25,631 nucleotides of DNA from the NCBI GenBank assembly GCA_024626585.2, contig JANKJI020000002.1, forward strand, positions 217,391,428 through 217,417,058. Direction: 5' to 3'. Below, piece by piece: positions 11,901 through 22,634 of the stretch. The translations under genes were made by a program, and so were the position numbers. Origin of the DNA: Ginkgo biloba (taxonomy: Eukaryota > Plantae > Ginkgophyta). The first letter of the stretch is position 1. Every line of letters begins with the position of its first letter. The notes under the pieces are model-generated. The model saw only the letters and a program-made list of their open reading frames with translations, did no database searches and was not told where the DNA came from.

Positions 11901-13379
11901 GTATTAAATTACATTACTTGTTCAGTTTCATTAATGAAGCATAGTTTTCTTTTTCTTCTTCTTTTTGAAAACTTGATTAAACATCTTTTTTTCCCATTAC
12001 TTGTTACAAAAGTAAAGACAAGTAGCTTAATCTTTCTTATATTTAGAGTTCTGTTGGACATCCAAGTTACCAGCAAATCAAAAGTGAACAAAGATGATAA
12101 ATGGCAAAACTATCGATTTGACAATCAAGTTATGGATTACCACCTCTTGCTAGAATCTCCAAAATACAGGAGTTCCTAACAATGATGACACACACAGTAA
12201 CCATTAAACTTTTAATGGGAGTGTGAGGGGTTCTCTTAATGTCAATAATCAAATATTTGAAACATAGTAAAAACACACACAAATACTTCTTGTGTTGTTT
12301 TGAAAAAATCACATTGTACCAAACTCGATGAAAATCAATCAACTAAATTTGAAACTTTCTTTGTTTTTATTGAGCAAGACAATTCTAGCCTACCAATGTN
12401 NNNNNNNNNNNNNNNNNNNNNNNNNNNNNGAAGATCCCTTACTAGGTCAGATTTATTGAGGACTTTCATGGAGTGCTTGCCAAAAGCACCAATTTTATGT
12501 TGCTTCTCATTTCTACCCAGTTAAATTTGTGAATGCCTCCAACTCTCTAGCTAAATATGAACAATGGACAATTTCTCCATTGTTCTCCTTTTTATTCTAG
12601 TTATACATCCTTTATTGTATGTTGATGCCCACTTCTATTNNNNNNNNNNNNNNNNNNNNNNNNNNNNNNNNNNNNNNNNNNNNNNNNNNNNNNNNNNNNN
12701 NNNNNNNNNNNNNNNNNNNNNNNNNNNNNNNNNNNNNNNNNNNNNNNNNNNNNNNNNNNNNNNNNNNNNNNNNNNNNNNNNNNNNNNNNNNNNNNNNNNN
12801 NNNNNNNNNNNNNNNNNNNNNNNNNNNNNNNNNNNNNNNNNNNNNNNNNNNNNNNNNNNNNNNNNNNNNNNNNNNNNNNNNNNNNNNNNNNNNNNNNNNN
12901 NNNNNNNNNNNNNNNNNNNNNNNNNNNNNNNNNNNNNNNNNNNNNNNNNNNNNNNNNNNNNNNNNNNNNNNNNNNNNNNNNNNNNNNNNNNNNNNNNNNN
13001 NNNNNNNNNNNNNNNNNNNNNNNNNNNNNNNNNNNNNNNNCCTTCTAAATTCTGTGTAGGCTAGTGAGTGACAATGGTTATTCGACATAAATCCTTTGTC
13101 ACAGGCTATGAAGATTCATATGATGAAGTAGGTCCATTGATTGGAGCAAAGCAAAAAATGAATTGAGGATGAAAAGGCAAAGTTGGAGCTTGTAAAGATA
13201 AATTGGAGCAAAGTCAACTCCTTCTGGTCAAAAAGTGGCTAAGTTGGATGAGTAGAAAAAGGACTTGGATGACAAGGAAATTGTATTGGCTACCAAGGAG
13301 GCAAAAATTCTACTATCTAGTGGTGAAGAGGAACCCTTCCACCTTAGAAGGCTTGACAACTCAATTGTATTGGGATGGG

Positions 13380-14543
13380 TGTTACAAACCTAGTCAACTA
13401 TGGTCAAAGCCCAATCAACTATGGTCAAAGGGCTTAGTAGGTCAACGACCAAGTCAACTAAGGAGGGTAGAACCCTAGATGCATTTATTAGGCCTAAGAG
13501 GCAAACGACCCTTAACTGCTAAGAACGGTTTTCGGAGTGAGCTTAGTTATAAAACCAACGTGCTAATTTGAAGATATTGGCTATTATAATTGTGGGACCC
13601 TTGAGAGACACAAAAGCAACTTAAGAAGGGACAAAAGGCTACCTTAAACCTTAGTGCCACCTAACTAAGGAGCAGTTGACCCTTAAAGAATGATTTTTAG
13701 GGTTAAGTTAACCCTAATTGTGAGCTAACATCAAGTATAGCCCAACATCACCTTAAAATATATAACTTTGAGGAAGGAATCTCACATCCTCATTGTTGTC
13801 TTCTTTGCATTGGCTTTCTACTTTTTTGTATTTTGTTATCTTACTACCATTTGTGGGAGTAGGTTTTTAGCATGTTTCTTCTCTAAGCTAAGCTAGAGGT
13901 CTTTTTCTAGAAATCAAGTTCTTGGGGGGGTTGAATATCATACTATTCTTAGCTTACTATTTCTCTAAGCACATTTGTAGGGGCCAACTCTAATTACAAA
14001 AAATAACTATAGTGGGGGATGAATATCTCGAATAATCAGTACTATGTTCTCATCATATAATGTTTAGTATAATCCAATTTACAACCATCAAAGGGTGAGT
14101 ATCTCAGGACTTGAAGAGATATGACCTTAGTGCTAAAGGGAGGGCTTGGAGCCCACTACATTAACATTCTTCCTAGCTACAAGGGGTAGACTCAAATGGG
14201 GAAGCCATTTGGGGTTGACAGCTAGCCTTTACAGTGCCAAAGGTTTGTGTTGGTAGCTATGACGAAGCTCTCTAGGGAGTCATCATGGCCAACAGTGGGA
14301 GTGTCCTGCTTTCCATCAAGTCCTAGCTCTAGCAGTCCAACCTTGGATTCTTTGTGCTTGTGTATTTGATGTCATGAGTTGATATAAATGAATCTTTCAA
14401 ATGTTCTCATGTATCTTTGATGATTTATGGAATCTTATTGAATCAGAGTTAGTGGTTTACTGCATTTATTTATTTATGTAAACTTGTGCAATTTTGGCTA
14501 TAGTAGTAATTTTGAATGTTATTTAATTACATCACTTTATGCC
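13380..14543 (+). mobile_element. LTR (5' end at 13380; 3' end lost in a gap)
   Basis: Starts TGTTACAAACCTAGTCAACTATGGTCAAAG, matching the reverse complement of 20162-20293, which starts at the same TGTTACA. Interior 14160-14340 loosely resembles the PBS-adjacent repeat at 23120-23300. Confidence 0.65.
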
Positions 14544-14644
14544 ANNNNNNNNNNNNNNNNNNNNNNNNNNNNNNNNNNNNNNNNNNNNNNNNNNNNNNNN
14601 NNNNNNNNNNNNNNNNNNNNNNNNNNNNNNNNNNNNNNNNNNNN

Positions 14645-14985
14645 AAACATGGGGGATGTTGAATCTCTTAACATCTGACTCTATAACCTTAACAAATTGC
14701 ATGAAGAACACACACTCTCTCATTGGAAAATGAAGGTTTCATAATGTCAATAGGCAGCATGGCACAATCATCACCTGCATACGCCTTAGTTTCAAAATGA
14801 TAATTTTATCCTATTGTATGATAGTAAGTTTCAAACCAAGCCAAAGAAGCTAAAAATCTATTGGCTAGGACCATATAAGATACAACAAATTTTTGATAAC
14901 GACTCAATACAACTACAAAAACTTAATGGATTACTACTTCCTAAACTTGTTAACGATAGTAGATTAAAACCCTCTCATTGCTTAC
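14645..14985 (+). mobile_element. Non-chromovirus Ty3/gypsy (Athila/Tat-like) integrase C-terminal GPY/F region, degenerate
   Basis: MGDVESLNI*LYNLNKLHE...AWHNHHL...FILLYDSKFQTKPKKLKIYWLGPYKIQQIFDNDSIQLQKLNG...VNDSRLKP matches (VL)LYDS...PGKL...WLGPY.I...NG...L..LDG...VNG.RLK.Y. Confidence 0.85.
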
Positions 14986-15699
14986 TAGCAAATGATGTAC
15001 TAGCTCCACTAAAAGAAAAAAAGGAGATAAATAATAAATCTTATATATCTATCTAATAATAACATGTATGTATACTTAAGAATAACAAGGGGGAAAAATA
15101 AGAATGTTCTTGTTGGTCGCAAACATTAGACGGGTTCGGTCGTAATGTACCCACATGAAAAAATTGAACACATGATCACCTCAAGCCCCACCAAATGATC
15201 ATATTAAGGGAGAGAAAAGTGATTGGATAAAGGATTTCATAAAGCAACCAACTAAAGGAAAATACATGGAAGGCAACCTTAGGCCAAGGCTGACATCAAC
15301 AACATCTTACTACAAGTGGAGGAAATCGCTGACCGATCATACGTCCCTTTTGCACCACACAAACAACTTTCAAGGATAGCTAACCAACTCCGCAACATGA
15401 CCCTATAAACGTCCCATTATTACACTATGGTCTTCCTAACTCCATCGTCATGAACATTACAATCACATAAAGCACATAGGACAAGCATTGGGATGAAGAA
15501 ATTAGCATTGCAACTAGAGTACAGGCATTGCGACCAAATCGACACAACCAAAGATGGGGAAAGAAAAAGAGTGTCAAGCAACACAGAGCAATGATTCAAA
15601 AAGTGCCTACTATTAGTATATAAATTTGGGAACATGATGTTCCTAAATTAGAGCTGAACTCTTATCCTTTCCTGCAGATAACCCCATTAGAAAGGCACT

Positions 15700-17005
15700 T
15701 GAAAGGGCAAGCTGAAGGAATATATTTTGTAGCCTCTATTGTTTTACGAGTCAGGTACTTTGGCCTCTACACATGGCATGGTGGTAGCATGTCTTGAACT
15801 GCCCCAAAATTCTAAAGCCTCCATCCATGAAGGAACGAGATTACCTTGCAAAGGATTGGAAGTTCTGTTGGCACTCAGAAAAGACCCAGAAGCAATTTCC
15901 AAATATATGACACGTCGACATCTGACATCCAGATAGAGGGACTAAAGGATCCTGAGTTAAGGTGGATCAGGAAATTTATGATAGCTAAGTTTTTTGGCTT
16001 GCAAAAGTACACTCACATGCTGACACAACCTTGTTCAACTATCAAACAACTAAAAGTAGGTATGCATTATAACTAGTGTGCTTTTCTTCTGTTTTGGATG
16101 CTCACCTTATTGAAGAACATCTGAGAAGCTCCTAGAACTACGCCATTTATTTTGCCTACAATATTTGTTGGTCTCCTCATGGTCCAATGTCCAAATATCA
16201 AGTTGCGCATTATGGATCACATCCTAGATTTCCACGAAATATTGGCTTGGCAGCTCGTTTTGCAATGGGGATTATTTAGGGGGAAGATGCAATTATTATA
16301 ATGACGGAAGTATAGAAGGNNNNNNNNNNNNNNNNNNNNNNNNNNNNNNNNNNNNNNNNNNNNNNNNNNNNNNGCAATTGTTGAAATTCAGGACATAATT
16401 GCAGTAGAAGATAGTGACAAGAAGGAAGAATCGACCACTAGCTAGGACCCAGTCTTGTAGGAAGTGTTAGATGAAGAAAGACAAAAGAAGAAAGGGAAGG
16501 CACCAATGTTGGGAGAAGTGCCAATTACATTCATCTCGGAAGAGAAACTAGATACAATAGATGCGAAACCAAAAAAATGTATGGACAACGCCAATATACA
16601 CTTCATGGGAGGTGATTTTGAGACCCACTTAGGCAGATTCCATACTAGATGGNNNNNNNNNNNNNNNNNNNNNNTTGAATTAAGGTATTTGAAGATGGCC
16701 TAGAGAGGACTATAAATTTCACAATCATGAAGCCTAGAGACCAACATTCACAGCTAATGTCATTTAGATATTAGTTTGGGGTTGAGTATGGAAAGTTAAG
16801 GACCCCATTCGTGGGATAAAAAAAAACCCAAAGAAGCTTGAGAGAAGGCCTGTACAACTGAACAAAAGATTAAATTTATTGAAGATTTTTGCAATGTTTG
16901 GTTAGCAAATTTGACTCTCGAGGAAGACAACTACAAGTGTTTCATGGCCAGTTTGAGAAAGAAATTCCTCCATGATTAGAAGGGATTATTTCGAAATTAG
17001 GAGCT
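15700..17005 (+). pseudogene. Decayed accessory ORF 3' of the integrase (retrotransposon extra ORF)
   Basis: Fragmented coding-like frames (IEGLKDPELRWIRKFMIAKFFG...YN*CAFLLFWM...FILP; EERQKKKGKAPM) lie downstream of, and co-oriented with, the integrase at 14645-14985. Family not firmly recognised. Confidence 0.4.
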
Positions 17006-19128
17006 NNNNNNNNNNNNNNNNNNNNNNNNNNNNNNNNNNNNNNNNNNNNNNNNNNNNNNNNNNNNNNNNNNNNNNNNNNNNNNNNNNNNNNNNNNNNNNN
17101 NNNNNNNNNNNNNNNNNNNNNNNNNNNNNNNNNNNNNNNNNNNNNNNNNNNNNNNNNNNNNNNNNNNNNNNNNNNNNNNNNNNNNNNNNNNNNNNNNNNN
17201 NNNNNNNNNNNNNNNNNNNNNNNNNNNNNNNNNNNNNNNNNNNNNNNNNNNNNNNNNNNNNNNNNNNNNNNNNNNNNNNNNNNNNNNNNNNNNNNNNNNN
17301 NNNNNNNNNNNNNNNNNNNNNNNNNNNNNNNNNNNNNNNNNNNNNNNNNNNNNNNNNNNNNNNNNNNNNNNNNNNNNNNNNNNNNNNNNNNNNNNNNNNN
17401 NNNNNNNNNNNNNNNNNNNNNNNNNNNNNNNNNNNNNNNNNNNNNNNNNNNNNNNNNNNNNNNNNNNNNNNNNNNNNNNNNNNNNNNNNNNNNNNNNNNN
17501 NNNNNNNNNNNNNNNNNNNNNNNNNNNNNNNNNNNNNNNNNNNNNNNNNNNNNNNNNNNNNNNNNNNNNNNNNNNNNNNNNNNNNNNNNNNNNNNNNNNN
17601 NNNNNNNNNNNNNNNNNNNNNNNNNNNNNNNNNNNNNNNNNNNNNNNNNNNNNNNNNNNNNNNNNNNNNNNNNNNNNNNNNNNNNNNNNNNNNNNNNNNN
17701 NNNNNNNNNNNNNNNNNNNNNNNNNNNNNNNNNNNNNNNNNNNNNNNNNNNNNNNNNNNNNNNNNNNNNNNNNNNNNNNNNNNNNNNNNNNNNNNNNNNN
17801 NNNNNNNNNNNNNNNNNNNNNNNNNNNNNNNNNNNNNNNCTTTGTTATACCATCTTTGGTCACCATCGACCTTTCCGTAAGACTCCGCAATGCAGCTTTG
17901 TTGGTGAGAGCAACAGCCTGCTCTTCATGTCTCTTCTGGGATTGTCCTTGGGCCTCGGTGATTCATTTACTGTGATCGTTCTTCCAGTAAACACTTATTT
18001 GCATCAGAATTATAATGTGGATAATGCAATGCAAACTATATCAATGTTCTTGACTTTTGATATTATGACCTAGATCCGTGCAATGAGTTCAACAATCTTT
18101 TGTTGTGGCTTCAAGGGTGGCACCAAATCTGCCAGCATTCAAAAAATTGTGTTCTAAATTTTGCTCTTAAGAATTAGTACATTGTATTCTGTTCTTGGCA
18201 GGAATATTTGCATTAGCTTGTTCAGAATCAACATTCATACAAGATTTCTTTGCAGCTAGTAGGGGTGGTTGAGAGACATTCTATCCTCCATCTTGCAGTT
18301 CACCATTAACAAGATGCAGAATTCATCTTACTTGGCCCACATAATTATGGATGAAAGGAGAGGCATTGATAGGTCAATGACACTCGGATATCCTTATCAC
18401 TACCAAGACAAAGATCCATTCTATTATTCATAGGCATTAATGAGGTCAGATGAGGGATGTCTCTCTTTTGCTCCACCAAACAAGGGTTGATGTACTTGCA
18501 TACTGTCAATATTACAGAATAGATCACATGAAGTGTAAGCTGGATGGAAATCAAAGCATTGGGAGGTGGGGTCATTGCTACAAGGTTGTGTATGTTTAGC
18601 AAATGACTATTTCTTGGAGATGAAATAATTGTAATATACCATATTTCCTTGTCATGCCAAAAAGGATATGAATTGTTATGTTGTTATGACAATTTCGTGT
18701 TCCTCTTTCATCTTGGATGCCTACAATGTGTGAAAAACAGTTGAATTTTCTTGTTGGGTGATATATGGTAGATAACNNNNNNNNNNNNNNTGAACAACAG
18801 TGAATGCATGGGCCTAATTCCTTTACGCTACAAAGTTTTCTTTGTAAAAAATTAACATCTTGTCTTGAACTTGTGAAGCGAACTGGAGGAATTTCTGTAG
18901 CTTCTGTTGAAAAATGGGCAGATTTTGTGTGTCATAAAACTGCTTCTAGAGTATATACAATGAGGTATAGTAGACAGTCACTAGAAATGTATTGTTATCC
19001 ATGTGTTCCTGCACCCTAAAATCTATACCAGAACTGAAAGGCATCCTAAATATTTGTTATCATGGTTGTTATTATATATATATGTATATGCTTTATGTTT
19101 CGGAATTTCCTTGGAAACCCTTTTGCAG

Positions 19129-19350
19129 GATTATCAACAACAAATGGGTAACCTGATTGAGCAAGCAGACAAGTTGCAGAGTATGGTTGAAATAGAGACA
19201 AGGAGGGTGAAGGAGTTGGATAATGCCATTGCAAATTTGGCTGCCAAAGAGATGGATGCAAAAAGAGCAGCAGGAGGCTTCAAAGCAGGATGGGAAAAGC
19301 ATAAGTCAACACAAATCCAAATTCAGATTACAGAAAATCGTTTGGAGAAG
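19129..19350 (+). CDS. Internal exon of the ODA1/DC2 (CCDC114/CCDC63)-family gene
   Basis: Acceptor TTTTGCAG| and donor AAG|GTATTT; 222 nt, phase 0/0, intact. Encodes DYQQQMGNLIEQADKLQSMVEIETRRVKELDNAI...KRAAGGFKAGWEKHKSTQIQIQITENRLEK, matching family motifs E.E.RR..ELD..I, GG.NA..E and QI..LENRL(D/E)K. Colinear with exon 11742-11900. Confidence 0.88.
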
Positions 19351-19517
19351 GTATTTCATTGTGACATTAATGTAGATAATTGACATTGTGTTCGGAATCA
19401 AGATTTGAAATACAGAAGGATGTGGATTATTTTAAATAGCTTCTTAATTTTGCCAATAAGAAATTTCATAAATTTTGGGCAAATTCAGAATAACAAGCTT
19501 TTTGCTAAGGATCTTAC

Positions 19518-19726
19518 AGCCCAGTAATGTTTGTTGGTAATGTTCCATCCGCCTTCATACCGCTTGAATTTTCGTAATATATCAGGCCTACGAGTGCGAT
19601 GCTTTGCCAAAATAAGAGACCTGTTTGAATCCACAACAATGTCATCGTCTGGTGCAAGTGCTGCTGGGATTTGTTTAAGTCCAGGGAGCCAAGGGGCTGT
19701 ACTAAAATCAGCCAAAGGTTGTTTTC
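19518..19726 (-). CDS. Exon of a plant Tweety-like multi-pass transmembrane protein (Arabidopsis At2g12400/At1g71110-type family)
   Basis: Branch-like CTAAC then TTGCACAG| acceptor, and GCT|GTAAGA donor; 209 nt, no stops. Encodes ...DSNRSLILAKHRTRRPDILRKFKRYEGGWNITNKHYWA, the conserved N-terminal motif LA..RT.R.D....F..Y.GGW.I.N.HYWA(S) of this family. Confidence 0.88.
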
Positions 19727-20161
19727 CTGTGCAACGGGTCCACCAAAAGTTAGTGAGTCGACACACTAAATGCTTCCAACAAAATACAGATTTTTTTCAT
19801 ACTTCGCCTGCTTTTCCCCATGGGACTATATGAGAGACAAATCAGAACATGTAAAAGAAATGCATGATGGTACTTATCATCAAACACTGATCAACAAAAT
19901 TCAGTACAATTTTTTCCATATTCAGATAGACTAGATCGAGCTTTGCGATTTTTAAAACAAAGTGTCAGATTTCAAGTCCAGAATCTCTCGAAAAGTGCAT
20001 TTGAAGTTAGGGTAAAATTTAGTCATTTTTGGAGTTGTTTCGTAGGTAGTTTGTAGAATTTNNNNNNNNNNNNNNNNNNNNNNNNNNNNNNNNNNNNNNN
20101 NNNNNNNNNNNNNNNNNNNNNNNNNNNNNNNNNNNNNNNNNNNNNNNNNNNNNNNNNNNNN

Positions 20162-20293
20162 TAACTAAGCTCCCTCTTAGTAGTTTAGGGTCGTTTGACT
20201 TTAAGAGGGATAATTAATATGTCTAGGGTTGTACCCTCCTTAGTTGACTTGGCCGTTGATTAGACTTTGACCATGGTTGACTAGGTTGTAACA
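20162..20293 (-). mobile_element. LTR 5' end, same family as 13380, opposite orientation
   Basis: The minus strand reads TGTTACAACCTAGTCAACCATGGTCAAAG...CCAAGTCAACTAAGGAGGGTACAACCCTAGA...GAGCTTAGTTA, colinear with 13380-13549. Confidence 0.75.
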
Positions 20294-20664
20294 CTGCTCA
20301 AGCAAGAAACTAAGTAGAAGGGGGAACTAAATAAGAAGAGAAAGAAGGCAAAGTCAAGGAATAGAAGTTGATTTTGTAGCATCGATCTCCATTAGGAAGG
20401 TTGTGAATGGGTGGCACTAGATGTTTCTTTCCCATGGATGTTCGTGAGATCCTTCTCCAACTAGGCAACCTTTTTTCACTATGATATTTGTTGCTTGCAA
20501 TGTCTTCCCTTGCTCCTGTTGCTCCTTGGCTAGCTTTTTCTCTAGCCTTATCCATTGTTGTTAATATTTAGTCATCATGGCTAGGTTCTCTCCCTCCAAA
20601 CTTGTCCTCAAATGGGACAAGCGTTTCTCTAGGGTTTGTTGGTACTCCTTTTGAAACCTTTGTC

Positions 20665-21263
20665 ATTCATTGGAATAGAGTATCCTTTGTCGTCACCTTG
20701 TAACTTATGCCAAATGCCCATAGTGCCACGAAGAGTCGTTCATCCTAGTCTCTCTGATTGACCCCACAAGTTTCATATAAAATGGCCACCAAGAATTTAT
20801 TTGTAGATTCTGCATAACTATTGGCTTTGGGATAATGTAAGATTGATTTTTAATGTGCACTTGAATTTTGTCGTCAAGTGCTGAATTAAATGATTGATAA
20901 AATGTCCACCTCGATCACCTGCCAACTTCAATGGGTTGTCAAACCATGTAACCATGCATTCATACAAAAATTCTATAGTGCCTTGTGTTGAGTTTCCTAA
21001 ATGTGGTTAAGCTTCCAACCTCTTGGTCAAGTGTTCAGTGGCCACCACATTGTATCTTTATTAGCCTTTGTAGGAAGGATGTTTGAAGGGACCAACAAGG
21101 TCTAGGCCCTAATGTTCAAATAGTGCCTAAGGCAAAGTTGGATGTAGCAGCATTAAATCTTTCTTTAACAGGCATTCCATACGTTGATAGATATTGCATC
21201 ATTGCAGAAACTATAAAGTGTCTTAGAACATTCGCGGCCACCATAAACCTACGAGTAGGATTT
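20665..21263 (-). mobile_element. Ty3/gypsy integrase zinc-finger end plus rve catalytic core, heavily decayed
   Basis: KILLVGLWWPRMF*D...CNIYQR...LFEH*GLDLVGPF...VVATEHLTKRLEA...FLYECMVTWFDNPLKLAGDRGGHFIN, then a frameshift to YPKANSYAESTNK...D*DERLFVALWAFGISYKVTT. Classic rve motifs (WG.D.VGP, SD.G.HF.N, YP.ANG.AE.TNK) with many stops. Confidence 0.92.
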
Positions 21264-22634
21264 NNNNNNNNNNNNNNNNNNNNNNNNNNNNNNNNNNNNN
21301 NNNNNNNNNNNNNNNNNNNNNNNNNNNNNNNNNNNNNNNNNNNNNNNNNNNNNNNNNNNNNNNNNNNNNNNNNNNNNNNNNNNNNNNNNNNNNNNNNNNN
21401 NNNNNNNNNNNNNNNNNNNNNNNNNNNNNNNNNNNNNNNNNNNNNNNNNNNNNNNNNNNNNNNNNNNNNNNNNNNNNNNNNNNNNNNNNNNNNNNNNNNN
21501 NNNNNNNNNNNNNNNNNNNNNNNNNNNNNNNNNNNNNNNNNNNNNNNNNNNNNNNNNNNNNNNNNNNNNNNNNNNNNNNNNNNNNNNNNNNNNNNNNNNN
21601 NNNNNNNNNNNNNNNNNNNNNNNNNNNNNNNNNNNNNNNNNNNNNNNNNNNNNNNNNNNNNNNNNNNNNNNNNNNNNNNNNNNNNNNNNNNNNNNNNNNN
21701 NNNNNNNNNNNNNNNNNNNNNNNNNNNNNNNNNNNNNNNNNNNNNNNNNNNNNNNNNNNNNNNNNNNNNNNNNNNNNNNNNNNNNNNNNNNNNNNNNNNN
21801 NNNNNNNNNNNNNNNNNNNNNNNNNNNNNNNNNNNNNNNNNNNNNNNNNNNNNNNNNNNNNNNNNNNNNNNNNNNNNNNNNNNNNNNNNNNNNNNNNNNN
21901 NNNNNNNNNNNNNNNNNNNNNNNNNNNNNNNNNNNNNNNNNNNNNNNNNNNNNNNNNNNNNNNNNNNNNNNNNNNNNNNNNNNNNNNNNNNNNNNNNNNN
22001 NNNNNNNNNNNNNNNNNNNNNNNNNNNNNNNNNNNNNNNNNNNNNNNNNNNNNNNNNNNNNNNNNNNNNNNNNNNNNNNNNNNNNNNNNNNNNNNNNNNN
22101 NNGTTGTTTTTCTACTTGTTGTGAGAGTCGCGTGCCTTCATTGCAGAGTGTTATACTAGGTTCTTTTTGCACATTTGTTGATCAAATCTTGTTCTCAAAC
22201 CTAGGTGACCTCATTGGAGGGTTTTTGGTGGATTGTTATTGTAATCCGAAGGAACTGTTCACCAAAAAAGGTGATGCAAGCATTCTCGCAAGGTAGCGAC
22301 TAGTTTTTAGCTACACTTTCCTACTATATTGACCCTTGGAAACAAGTAGCTAGACTTGAGGTTGGAGGAGGATGTTTTTATCCTTGGAGGGATTTGGTAG
22401 CATCAAGAGGGGTGTTTATTTGGGTAAGTACATACTTTTGTAAGTATTTTGTAACTCCAACTTTGTAGTCATTCTAGCTACCATAAATTAATGCAATATA
22501 TTTGTACAGTTTTTACACAAAATTATGTTTNNNNNNNNNNNNNNNNNNNNNNNNNNNNNNNNNNNNNNNNNNNNNNNNNNNNNNNNNNNNNNNNNNNNNN
22601 NNNNNNNNNNNNNNNNNNNNNNNNNNNNNNNNNT

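Noticed and set aside
11901-12179. Continuation of ORF 11772-12179 past the exon as a single-exon 135-aa protein
   Set aside because: Family similarity stops at the AAG|GTATTA donor and the remainder is T-rich intron-like sequence. The acceptor-like TTTAG near 12046 has no convincing phase-0 donor.
17840-17995. Minus-strand peptide FTGRTITVNESPRPK resembling the end of an RRM domain, or the missing Tweety 'VFTG' exon
   Set aside because: Match is only about 8 residues, with in-frame stops just upstream, a weak acceptor and no following transmembrane segment.
19531-19833. Plus-strand 100-aa ORF
   Set aside because: Antisense shadow of the Tweety-like exon with no recognisable motif.
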